From: Ramazzottius varieornatus
Lineage: Eukaryota > Animalia > Tardigrada
Assembly: GCA_001949185.1 (NCBI GenBank)
Contig: BDGG01000015.1
Span: 811,036 to 875,035 of the forward strand
Reading direction: 5' to 3'
Length of the DNA stretch: 64,000 bases
Shown here: one piece after another, positions 1-12,300 of the stretch
How the letters are laid out: every line of letters begins with the position of its first letter
Numbering within the stretch: the first letter of the stretch is position 1
Position numbers and translations under genes: made by a program
The notes under the pieces: model-generated
Told to the model about the DNA's origin: nothing
Databases searched by the model: none
Seen by the model: only the letters and a program-made list of their open reading frames with translations

Positions 1-6
1 GGCGAA

Positions 7-3000
7 ATGACTTTGTCGGGCCGAGAAGCCGTGGAAGTTGCCACTCGGGTAAGGAAAGGACTCAGCTCCTGTTGGCGTTTTCCGTGCTCTAAGAATCTTC
101 CTGACATAGGTCGGCCAGTTGATGCGTGAAGCCAATGCTTTACAAAGTGTCCCGGGACGAGAAGATGCCCGACTCCAGCTTTTACGTGCTGTAAGTCTTG
201 CCAGGTTGCGCAATACGTCATGCCTGCTGTGCACTCGTAACGTCATACGCTAGACCTTGTGCATCTTTCTGATTTTCCTCCTTTTCCGGTCGAGAACCCT
301 GATGTGTGTTTCAGGCGAAAGACATCATCCTAGAAAAGAATCTCGACCTCATCGACAACTTCTGGAAAGAAATGACCGATACATCGAAAGAAAAGTCAAC
401 GAGTTTGGTGGTTTTCTGTCTCGACTGGATGCGAGAAGCTTGGTAAAAAGCGCCCTATACCTTCTCTCAAGATGCGAGTTGCCAATTTCTTTTCGCTGAA
501 TTCTTATGTATTCTGCTTTGGTGTTTTCAGTGCGGTTGAACCTACTTACCTGAAACCTACTCGTCTGATACTGTTTGACTTGCTGGAACACCAGTCCGCC
601 ATTGTGCAAAAGCAGAGCCTAATGACGACCTTGTTGCTGTACCAGGATGCCTACCGGGTACGCCTGTTGACTTCTGATCCTCCATGAATCGTTTCTTTGT
701 CCCTGAATGTATGTTTGTGTTCCAGTATATAACATTGCCCTCCACAAAGGAGAAAGATGCAGAAGTTGTATGGACAGAGTTAGCGGAAATCAAGAAGCTT
801 GTCATCAGTCCGTTGGAGATAGGCGGTTTCGAGTTCGCCGGAATGCATCTTGCCAAGCGCCTTCTAACGTACAAGTTCATCGAAAGTGTTATCATGTGCC
901 AGAGCCCCCGGGATCCGGTAAGTAAAATGCGCTACCGTTGTGGAAAGTATGGGCAGCTCGGCAAAGTCGACAAGATCGGTTTTTTAAGCGGCGCACGGTT
1001 GCAGTGGTAGTGGCTGGTAGCGTGCGCCATCAATTCAGAGCTGGTTTCTTTTTCAGAGCGTCCCCACAAGGAACGACAACGAAGACCGGTCAAGTTCTTT
1101 GGATATGCCGACCCGGTTGCAGTTTACCTCGAAAGAGAAGGTCGAGGCGGAAGGGATAAAGCTGCTGCAGATCCTTGAAGACTGCCTGATGCTTCCTCAA
1201 CCAGAAATTACCTAGTAAAAAATACTAGCGGAGACCTTGTTTTGAATTTGAAATGGGTCAAATTTGTTCTTGCTGTTTAGCATTGACCGTGAAAGTATTT
1301 GCGGGTGCCTGTTTCATCTTGCGCGTCGGAGGCCGCAGTTTCTGCCACGAGTCATTCAGAGGATCGAGTTTTTAAACACAAATATCCCCAGGAGTATCAA
1401 CAAAGTAGGCACTGAAAGTCTACGGAAGTATTTCCGGGCCAGCTTGATAAATATCCTGAGACGTTCCGATGATGGTGACATGCTGGCCCGTATAGCCGAC
1501 TTCCTGGCGACCCTGGGTCTGACTCCGCTTGAGGCAAGTGCCATAACAGGAGACTTTCACTCACAGGCTCAATAATCTTTCATGTCTTTCCAGATCAACC
1601 GAATACGACCAAAGTTACAAGAAGCACTGAAGCAAAAACGTCCAACGACGGAATCCGAGCTACCTGCCAAACGACTGAAGGTAGCATCTCGTCGATGTGG
1701 CTGATCGTAGCTTCCACGAATGTATCTTTGTTTTACAGATGGAAGGCAGTTCGGAAAGTACCTCGAGTGACCTCGTCGGGACAGACCTTCAAGCACTGGC
1801 CATGGACCTCAACATGAAAGCCCTTATGTCTAAAATAACACCACAGAAAGTCCTAAAACTTCTCCGTTCGAATTTGGTACATAGTAACCACTATAAAACG
1901 TCGTTTCGCGATGGTTCACTCTTTTGTCGCTTTTACTGTTCTGTTCTGTCTTTCCAAAAGCATGGCTATGAAAAGAACAAGATCGAGCTGTCTGTTATTG
2001 TTGTAGACGAAGGTGCCGACAAAGATGCCAGCGTACTTCACGTCGGTGTACATTCCCATGGGTCGCAAGTCCGACGAGGAGATGGTGCAATTACTAGCTC
2101 GTCGGATGGCCGAGCAGATGGTGGCGGCTTCCGTCGGTCCCGGCCCTGCTGAGATCGCTCGACGGAAGGCCGAAGAGCAGTCGCTGGCCAACCTCATGAA
2201 GAACTCGCAGCCGGACGACTCTGACGCTCAGCCCATATCGTCCGTCCTGACACGCGGTCCCAGCCTGACCGCCCAGCAGCACAAAGAAACCATGGAGGAT
2301 GATGGAGAGGCCAGTGACGAGGAAGAGAAGCCACATGTCATCTCAGACACGCAAGAAACGCCCGAGGTCTTCAAGGCCACCGACAAGGCCTTCCACGTCA
2401 ACGAGATCACCGAACCCATACTTAACGACGACAGAGGCAACGCCATACTGTCCATTGTCAATGAGCTGATTAGCAATGATGGCAATGTCTTGAATGCTTC
2501 TGGGGAATACTTGTACCATAAGTGTCTGATACGCTTCGCTGTCAAAGTCGGCATTGACGCTCTTCGAGACCGTAAGATTTTCTTCCCTCTGCTTTCAAGC
2601 TCGTGCTTCAGTAATTCTAAAACTGCAAGGTCGGCAAACCAGATGCACAAGATAGCCTGGTGCAAGTGGCGCATATTAGCAGGGTTTTGGGCCAAGAGTG
2701 TGCGTCACTAGGAAAAGCAACACTTAACCAGTTTAACTGTTGTTGCAAGTTGCGCATTTTGGTATTATTGTTGGCTGGAACAGTGCGCCACTTAAAATGG
2801 CCATCTTGTGCGTTTCATTTGCCCTACAGCATTTCCAGTCTTGATTGCCTGTTTTCTGGATGCAGGTATAATGAAGTACATTTTGGAGGATATCGGTACG
2901 CGAGCTGAGCTAGCTTTCCGTTGGATCTACGAAGAATACGCGCTGGCCAGGCAGCTGAAGCGCGACCCGGATTTCCACTTGGCGCCAGAAGCCGACGAAC

Positions 3001-5748
3001 TGCAGCGGTATGATGACTGCCTGGCCAAATTCATCCGGGGATTCATCGACCATGCCGAATACCGAGAAGGGTAAAAAAGGTTCCTTCTGATATAACAACA
3101 GTCCTATAGTCTCCCCATGTTTGCAGGTTGGTGTCGGCGTTGTACTTGGAAGTGCCGTTGGTGACGGAGGGAGCCATCAGCCTCCTGCACTACTACTGCG
3201 CCGAACGCAGTCTGCACGGCGCTATGCGTCTCATCCAGAAGCTGGTGACAGCCCGACCCAACAGCGTGCAGTACATCACTCCAGCGTTGGAGATGACGCT
3301 GCACCAACGCAAGGACCTACAAACCCAAGCCGTACAAACATGCGTGAAAATCTACGGCAGCATTCCGGAGCTACGTGAAACCATCAAAGTATGTCTCCTA
3401 ATTCTTCTCAACTGATGCCCGTCACTGTTTTACTCACTGAATGGTACTTGTCAACAGGATTACGCCGTGGAGTCCATCAAGCTATTGAACGACCCAGTGA
3501 AGCCGCCTGCTTGGTTCTTCAGTGACAAGTTCGGTCGAGGAGCTCAGCTGGAAGACTACGCCTGGACCGAAGAATACCAAAAGCTGTGTACGACCCTCTT
3601 CACCGGTCTTCTTTCCGAAGACCCAACATTCCTTCCTACACTGGGTGAAATCTACGTCAAGCACCCTAGTGACGTCAAGAAGACCATTTTCAAAGTCATC
3701 GAACAACCCGTAAGTACAAATAATGTTGAATCGGCCTAACTGGACCTTCCAGTCAAAAGTAGAAAAGTACATTACGTCAGCCAAAATGAAACAACAGACA
3801 GATCATTTCGGTTGAGCATTCTACATTGGTTGTATAGTATTGGAGTTTGAAGTTATTAGAGATGGCTGCTGTCGAACTTGCCAGATCTGCCGAAAGTGTG
3901 TCTTTTTGCTACGGGTGTCTCACATTGCAGATGAAGACCATTGGTATGAACGCACCCGAAGTTCTCCTCTTCGTTCGAAACCCTCCGCCGGGCAGCGAGT
4001 CCTTGGTTTTGAGGATCATCCACTTGCTGACAGAAACACGTTAGTTCTCCTTGAATAGGCTTCTCATTGGTGTGCTCTTAAACGAATCTAGCCGTTGTTG
4101 TTGTTGCTGTGAGTAGATCCAGCCACGCCGGAACTGATCAGCAGTATTCAGAGCTTGTACACCGAGCGCATCCCCGACGTCCGATTCCTCATACCCATCC
4201 TCAACGGCCTTCCCAAGAAGGACATCCTGGCTGCTCTACCCAAACTGATCAAGCTCAACCCGGCCCTCGTCCAGGAAGTCTTCCATCGACTCCTTGGCAC
4301 CGGAAAGCACAAACATGGTAAACTAAGCTCGTGCAGAATGACACAAGAACAAAATCCACGATCATATTTAGTAAATATCGCAGAAATTCGGCTAATATCG
4401 ATTAGCCTCATGCTGCTTGCTATCAATACTATATAGCTACAATTTATAAATAAAGTTACAAGAGATCATTCAGGAGGTTAACTGATGGCTATTTGTTGGC
4501 TTTAGACGCGGTACAGCGTAAGCCGTCGGTAACACCAGCGGAGGTTCTGATTGAGCTGCACAGGATCGATCTGACCAAGGCCGATGCGCAGACGCTGATG
4601 AAAGCAACGGGGCTGTGCTTGGCCGAGAAAGACATGTATCCGCAGGATATCATGGTCTTCATCCTCAAAACCCTCATCGACATGGAACCGCTTCCTTTTC
4701 TTCTCATGCGGACCATCCTTCAAACGCTAACCATGTACCCGCAAACCAGGTCCTTCGTCATGAACATTCTACAACGACTTATTTCCAAAGAGGTAATTTT
4801 TCATGTAAATTGTCGTTTTTCTAATTATTTTATTTTTTATTTCAGTATTATTTTGATATATGGATGTTGTTTTAATAAGTATTTTGGTTTGAATTCTTAA
4901 ATAGGTGTGGAATATTCCGGTTTTGTGGGATGGTTTCGTCAAGTGTTGCGAGAAGACAGTTCCTCAGTCCTTTCCGGTCCTGCTGATGATTCCTGCCGAG
5001 AAGCTTCTTCCGATCCTAGAGAAAAACCCCGTACAGCTCAAGACGGGATTGAAACAGCACGTCGCCACGATGAACGTTCGACAACGAGGTCTCATGAACC
5101 CGCGAACGCTCAGTGTCGTCGAGTACGGCACGTTGCAACTTCCGGACGGCGCCGAAGAACGAAATCCGGTGGAGCTGGCCGCTGTGATAAACCCTCTGCC
5201 CAGCATGAACGGTCAAAGAGGAAACAACAATACAAGTACGTTGAAAATACCGAACCCGGAAATGAAGAAACTAAGCAAATAGGGAGATCGGCGAACAGAC
5301 TCGGCAAAAACGTCTTCTCCAAGTGGCGCACGCTGTCAGCCTTAGATACTGAAAGTCTGCGCTACTTGGGAAAACACTCAAACTGGCGTTCGCCCAAGTG
5401 GCGCACTTGTCAATGTTTTTCGGCCGGAAGCGTGCGCCACTTGAAAAAACAAGATGGTCGAGTTTGCTTGCCCAGGGTCGAGTTTCCATAATTGTATGTT
5501 TATTTGGATGTTGTTTATTTCCAGTTGTGCTTAAAATCGAGGAGACGCCGGAAGAAGAAGCTGCTTCCACCCTGTCCGACCAAGCTGAAGAGAATGGAGC
5601 AGACTCGAACCACGAAGCTCCGGACAGCGCCGACGAAGAAGCCACCATGTTTATCAAGATGGAGGACAGTGACGACGACGAGACGCCCAGCTCGCCCGTC
5701 CAAACCTCTTCGTCCCCAGTACCTCCATTAGGCGACTCTGCAGAATGA
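7..5748 (+). CDS. SYMPK: Symplekin (multi-exon)
   Basis: Spliced exons (7-48, 110-190, 315-442, ... 4905-5235, 5525-5748) give [58 protein letters not shown] and [17 protein letters not shown], matching symplekin N- and C-terminal domains. The start codon is tentative. Confidence 0.93.
986..1032. repeat. Fixed-spacer palindrome, 1 unit (symplekin intron)
   Basis: AAGCGGCGCAC-N25-GTGCGCCATCA. Confidence 0.85.
2664..2793. repeat. Fixed-spacer palindrome, 2 units (symplekin intron)
   Basis: Units at 2664 and 2747, both N25. Confidence 0.9.
5321..5442. repeat. Fixed-spacer palindrome, 2 units (symplekin last intron)
   Basis: Units at 5321 and 5396, both N25. Confidence 0.92.
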
Positions 5749-6200
5749 TTACAACGCTCTTCTCGAGACCTTTTTCGCCTTTCTTCGTGTTTAGAATAAA
5801 ACCGTTTGGATGTTTGACTGTAGTTGGGAAAGTTGTGGCAGTGAATTTTAACCAATATGTGTCTCTGAGGACGTCACTGCGAACTTTGGAGATATCCGCA
5901 GTTCTTTTATTCTGAGCTGTATTACTGTTATGACCTGTTTCAAGGTTGGCATGATAGCGAGCATAAAGCTGGAGAACCGAGCGATGAAAGGCTCCACAGC
6001 CAGAAATTATCGCCTCGATGTGTGATTTGGTGTGAAGGTAAATACGCTTTATAGCTGAGTTTGTGGACAAGAACGCTGGTTAACGTGGACGGATGCGAAA
6101 TTTACGAAGTCTACGCGTACTCGTCCTGAACTGGGGTTTCGAAACAATGTGCTTTGTGAGGTCTTCCTGGTTTCACTTCCGGGTCTGATTTTCGCTGGAT

Positions 6201-6948
6201 ATGGCAACTCGAACCGGGAGCACTTTCTCCGTTGTGATACCTGTTAAGACTGAGATCGGTCCTGCTGTAATTCAACGAAAAGGCCGATTGAATACACTTG
6301 GCATACTGCAGCTAATTTTGGGATTGAATATGTTTCTGCAGGAAGTACCTGGTAAGTTTCTCGTTCCATATCCTGCCCCCGACTCACCGCCAGCTGTTTT
6401 CTGGACCGATGTACATGGTCCTCGTCGAAATTCAAACGTGGAAGCTCGCCGTCTGAAGTAGCGCACGCTCCCAGCCAATAACACCATATGTATGCGCCAC
6501 TGGGAATTACAATCTTGATATATTCTTCCCCGGCTTTCCAAATCCGCCCTGCTTTTTTTTCGTAGACATCATCTTCACCAGACCGGAGTCCGCAGATGCT
6601 TACTTTTATATGGGCTTCTGGTCAGGGTTCTTGCACATGTGGTCGGGTTCGATGAGCTTGTACACTGCCAGCTTTTCCATCAAGCGACCTTCAAAGCTCA
6701 TCACGTTAAGCGCAACCCTTCTCAATATTATTCTGGCCTTTACAAATTTCCTATTTTGTTTACTCCACATCGTCGCTGTGGAATCAGCCGCTATTTTGTA
6801 CAGAGGCGATCGTCGCTTAGTTCTTGTCTCAACTTGGACCCGTGGTATGCTCTTTTGCATGTTTCTCTTCCCTGTCACAGTCATATCCACCCACGATTCT
6901 TTCCGTCTCATTCCCCGCAAACCGGCATTACCAGAGCTGTCCCGATAA
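6201..6948 (+). CDS. MS4A/CD20-like membrane protein (putative)
   Basis: Exon 6201-6351 splices in frame to the exon starting at 6566. Hydrophobic segments LGILQLILGL, FYMGFWSGFLHMWSGSMSL and TLLNIILAFTNFLFCLL resemble CD20-family TM1-3. The 3' end is uncertain. Confidence 0.5.
6456..6502. repeat. Fixed-spacer palindrome, 1 unit (MS4A-like intron)
   Basis: AAGTAGCGCAC-N25-ATGCGCCACTG. Confidence 0.85.
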
Positions 6949-9319
6949 AAGTCCAGCGTTACGCCGACGTACTCAAGTAAATCATTTGGACTTTATTTCC
7001 AGCGGGTTATACGTCAGGTCTCCATTTATTTGATTGTGTGGGGATTCGGCGGAGACATTTAGCTGTCTAGGACAATATCCGATATTAGAGGACCTGACAT
7101 GTCACACCCTTCTTTTGTGTAAGGGATCGGTCTTGGATCTGCTAGTCAGCGCTCTGATTCCATTCAATAAACTCAGAAGCCGCCGCCGTTACATAACGCG
7201 AAAACTTTGCTCCTTTGGACCCTCGCACAAGCATATTATATTATAGCGTCAACCTTGCCGTCAATCGACACGTCAACTTGCGAACTCAAGAATACTGACC
7301 CTCCTCAGGCTTTAACACCTGCCCCGAGGCTCAAAACCGCTCTTACGTTCTTCCACGCTCCATTCGTAAAAGACTGGCCTTGGTTTCGGCATAGTCGCCG
7401 ACAATGTCAAGGAATGAGATACAACTTGCGGATGATCGGCATGGAGTTTCAAGAGCTGGTGCGTAACTTCAGCGGGGAACATAATTATGCTGACTGCGTA
7501 AAGTGGTTGACAGTACAGGCGTGTTGCTGGCTGGCCAGAAAGTTCTGTGGTACGACGTACTGAAAGTACGTTTATAGCGCCTGTTGGGCCATATATGTGT
7601 AAGGGCGGCGGAGGAGGGAGCGAAAGCTGTTTGCGAGCTGGGAGGTTGGGCGGAAACTGGAGATAGAACTATAAGAGAGGCGAGGGTACGACAAGAAGGT
7701 TAACTTGGGACGGCCAGTGAGTGGGGCAGTCGCAGGCTGGTAGTACCAATAGAGAGGAAGTGCGCATGGATTCCTCGCTGCCCGACGTTGCCAGCATTAA
7801 TCTTTACGAGCGCTCCACACGTCATCCTACATCATCGTTTCCACACTCTGTTCTTACTTTGTGCTCTAGAGCAGACGTACATCATTGGATCTTGACGGGT
7901 AGGCTTTCTTCTGTCCTGACACATTATACTCTGTCCTGAGCATGAATTAGGCATTGTTCATAAATCGATAGCTCTGCTCGAGATCTCTACGCGCATGCCC
8001 AGTCTCCCCAACAAATAATCAGGACTAAGTTTCGCACCGCCTGGACCACTAAAAGTCTCATCTGCACTCCATGCCTCATCGATCACAAAACTGTAGCGAA
8101 ATTTCCGAGGATATCATACGGAACTAAGCTGTCCATTACTGCTGTCCCACTGTGGAACTTTCATCCATCATATATTCTTCTTGACTTGCTCGTCCATGCA
8201 CATTCAAAAGTTAGTTAATTTGAAATCAAACCGGAAAAGGCTGTGACATTATAGACAGGTGGAGTACACCTGGCCGTCATCGGATTGCGGCTGGAAATCA
8301 GGCAACTGTGGAGCGGAGTGCGCGACTCGGTTGCCGATTAGGGACTGCGCTGACAGAAGGCAACAGCTGGCTGGATTCATTAAGTATCCGCTTGACTGAA
8401 CAATTATTACAGTCATTGAGCCACTGTGGAGCTTTATTTGTGATTACAGAGGATACGGCATGGTCCTTTCCCTTCGTCCCCATCAATAAGCTGACACAGT
8501 AAAGTCACTGATCCGCCATCATGGCACTGGCCAGCTCCTTGAAAATTAACGGACAATAGGGCAGATGATGGGCTAACCCCTACTGGCCTCCCAACATTCC
8601 TTTCTGCAATTTGACATCTTGGCCATGACGGCTTTCTGCAGCAACTGGTAGTGCCAGCCATGTTGTAATGAGAACTACATTTAATAAGATGGCAATCTGC
8701 CATACATCTTGTTTGATCGTTGTGCTCTTCCCATCATATTGCCGTTGTTCCACTTCACCGCTCTTGAACTACCGAATCAGCCTGCCGACTACTCGTTTTC
8801 AACTTGCTCTTATGACAGATGCTATCCCTTTGCCCTCTTTGCCCTTGCAACAGCGCTAGCGGGACCTCGGTTGGAAAAACTTCGCTACGCGTAAGTTTGT
8901 CGCAGTAAAATTCAACTTGGTCAATCAAGGGCGCAAAATTTCGCTTGCTCATTGTCCTGCAAGTCACTCCACTCACGCGGCCAGAAACTGAGCAGGGAAT
9001 CAGAAAACATACCTTTATTTGTGGTGTTGTACTGTCTCACAGGAAACACAATCTGAAAACGGAATATTATTTTGTCAACCATGGGTCGTATTCAATGATT
9101 TCTCGCATCAGATGACCGTAGAAAAATGCCTGATTGTGCATGATCTCGTCCAGGCAATATTGTTCCAGCAGGATGGTGCCGTTGTGGATTGGCAGCATTT
9201 GAAATGACATTGAATATTTTTTACGGGCTGTGATTTGCAGGCTTGAGGATGGTACAAGTCGACATTACTCGGTGTAAATAATGCGGAGCTGTTGGGGTCG
9301 TCGTCGGAGCGATCCCTGG

Positions 9320-12300
9320 ATGGTTTTCTCCAAGTCATCAGCATGGACAATTGTCTACATGATGACCAGCCTAAGCCTGCTTGGGCAGCTGACCCTTTCC
9401 CTGCCGATCAATATACACATTGGGGCATTGCTGGATAGCGAGGCGCATCGCCTCTTCCTGGCCCGGACGGTACAGGCCTTGAATCCGCTCCACTCCAGCT
9501 TCAACGTGCCGCGCATCTTGTCCGTCGAGGACACGGACTTGTCGCAAGAGTCCGCCGCCAACTCCTTGCTCTTCAACGCCAGCTCCATCATCGCTCATTC
9601 CAGCCCTATCCGTACGGCCCTGCTGATGTGCCGACACCTTCTCAATCATCCCGTCTACGCCATCCTCATCAGCCAACCAGCCAGCGGTTACCACTTATCG
9701 GCAGCTGCTGCATCCTACACCGCCGGCTTCTATCGCATCCCCATCCTCAGTATCAACAACCGCGAGTCCCTCTTTTCCGACAAGGTATTTATTGCCGCCA
9801 ACAAGCTCACCTCAACCATTACGAGTCCGACAACAAATTCGACAATACTTTACGAGCCCCTGGGCAGAACACAGGGATCGTTTTTGTCAGAATTAGCGTA
9901 GAGAATGGGCAAAATTAATCAAGGGATTCATTAAATTGACCTGTGTGCCAGCAAAATCAAGGGGTGGCTTCGTGGTTGATATTTTTTTCCCTGCTCGTTT
10001 GGAGCGGCCATAATTTAGAAGAGCGATTCTTCCCAAGGGTAATAAATGAGTTGGCTGACTGTATTTTTCCAGACGCTATAGCGATGTTTCCGTCTGGAAC
10101 TTGCAACTAGGGATCTTGACTTGTCTAATGATTGCATGCCAACGTTATCCGGTCAAGAGAGCACGCTTGTTCGCCCCGGGTAGTGGTTGATGACTGGCTG
10201 GAAAAAATTGAAGTTGTTTCAAAATGAGCTGAAAATAGCCTTGTGTACGTCACTGCCAGGCGCAGCATGCATCGATTTTGGACCGTATTGATTCTGATCA
10301 TGACGATGCTCTCAACTGACGATCACGCACCATGCCGGCTAAATTAATTCAACACTTTTCACATTGTGCATAGTTGGTAGTTCTACAAGATGCAGTGAGG
10401 CCCTTCGTTTAACGAACCGTGAAAAGCTCGAAATAACACTTAGCCCAGACTTGTGGGCGGAAAAGAAATAAGTCTCTCTTTTTGATGGTTGTCCCAGGTG
10501 GCGCACGCCTGCGGTGTTGTTGGCCAGAAGCGTGCGCCACTTGGGATAACACATTTCCCCAAGTTTGTTTGCCCAGTTTCTCATTTGAATTTGCTGATCG
10601 CTTTGGGTAGTTTTGAATACTTGAAGGTGTTACTGTTTGATTTTTACGCTGGAGTAGAGCTGGTTAAGGGAGTGTGGGGTTGGCTGGGTGGCACAGATCT
10701 GGAATTCCAGTAGAGACCAAGTGTCAGATTGGCATACGCGATATTCTTTCTGGAAAATGAAGCGCGATGACAACAAAGACCCGTGCTGATGTTGCAGTCG
10801 TCACTTTGGATAAGATTTTGGAACACTCTGATTAGTTTTTTGTGCCGATGCCGGGGGCGGCAGTCGATACCACGATCAGAATAATTGAGCGCTCCAGCCC
10901 AGTGCCGTGCGCCGAAAATCGATAGGAGTTGTTGGAACTTGGGAAGTTGCTCACCCAGTACCATTCAAAGCGCTGTCACCGGATTAAGACCCCTATCCTC
11001 CCAGTGAAAGCAATTGGGAAGATCCATAAATAACAAATTACTACGGAAAATTGAACTGTAGATAAGCCATCTGAAAGATTGAGAGAACCCATCTCAACAA
11101 AGTTATCGGCAGTTTGATGGCCGGCGTGGGACTGTGCCAGCTTTTAGCAGTTTTCCATACTGCACCACTTTTATGGAATACGTATCCTCGGTGCCGTTCG
11201 AATGTTTGTAGGAGACGGCAGTTTTGAGTCGTGAAGGCCGTCCAGCGTGATATTGCGCCATTCAGATTCGAGAAGGCGGCTGGCTTTAATTGTATCATTA
11301 GAAGGCTGCATGACAATTCAGAGCTCCAGCCTGTAAAATAGATCAAGAAGGGGAACGGTTCGTTTGGTGCTTCATGGTTGGTTTCAGATAAACTGCTAAT
11401 CTGATTGTCGCAAGCGCAGACAGGATAGTTGGAGCAAACGTTTGGTTGGAGGGAACCGCTGGTTTGCCTTCGGGAGCTCGGTGCTTTTCTGAGTGGGGTG
11501 ATGTAATGCAATTCCCAACCAGCAAGTGCGCCACCGTCCTCTCTTGCCTGATGATAATGGCTTTCCGATTTTCTGCCTTGCAAAGTAATGCACCGACCAG
11601 GCTCGCTTATTATCGTGATGGACCCATCCTATTTGCTCCCGAAGCCGCCACCCATTTTCCGAAGCGAAGGCGAAGCATGGTTCTGCAGTGACGTCCTTGG
11701 CGCGTTTCGGCCTAATGAACTGAACAAATGCACGTGACGTCATTTGACCAGTCTTAATTTCGCGAAGCGTTGATTGCTCGATAATTTGATTAATTAGCGC
11801 GGTGTGGCTAATCTTTTAAGTGGCGCGCCTTTTCGGTGTTCTTGGCTTGTGCGTGCGCCACTTTTAACAACGAGCTGGTTCAGTTCATCTGCCCAGCTCT
11901 CGTTGATCCTTCCCCGTCCTTGATTCCTTGTCGATTCCTCGGAAAGTTTTGCAAAGTTGGTCTAGGAGAGAATAAGGGAAGGTGGACTGAATGGCGTTAT
12001 TCTGTTTTTGCAGAATGTCCACAAGAGCTTTTTGCGGACAGTTTCTCCCTACTTCCACCAAGTGGATGGTTGGGTCAAGTTGTTGGCCCACTTTGGCTGG
12101 AAGAGCGTCATCGTTATTTCGTCCTCCAACCAAGATGGGCGCATGCTTTTCAACCGCCTGCAATCTCAAGTGGAGAAACAGGAAATTGCGGTAAGATGAA
12201 GTGACAGCTAAATTGATCTGTCTAATAATTCCGGCGGAACATGACGGGTCTTAGACACTGTCAAATATGCCGTAAGTTGATTATTTATAATAAGCGGCGC

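Noticed and set aside
919-1058. Introner (intron-creating transposon) explanation for the palindrome
   Set aside because: The element is internal to introns; intron ends are unrelated to each other and lie at variable distances from it.
7207-7563. 118-aa ORF, and similar ORFs at 39085-39618 and 54246-54542
   Set aside because: No motif, no consistent splice model and non-ATG starts; they cannot be supported as genes.
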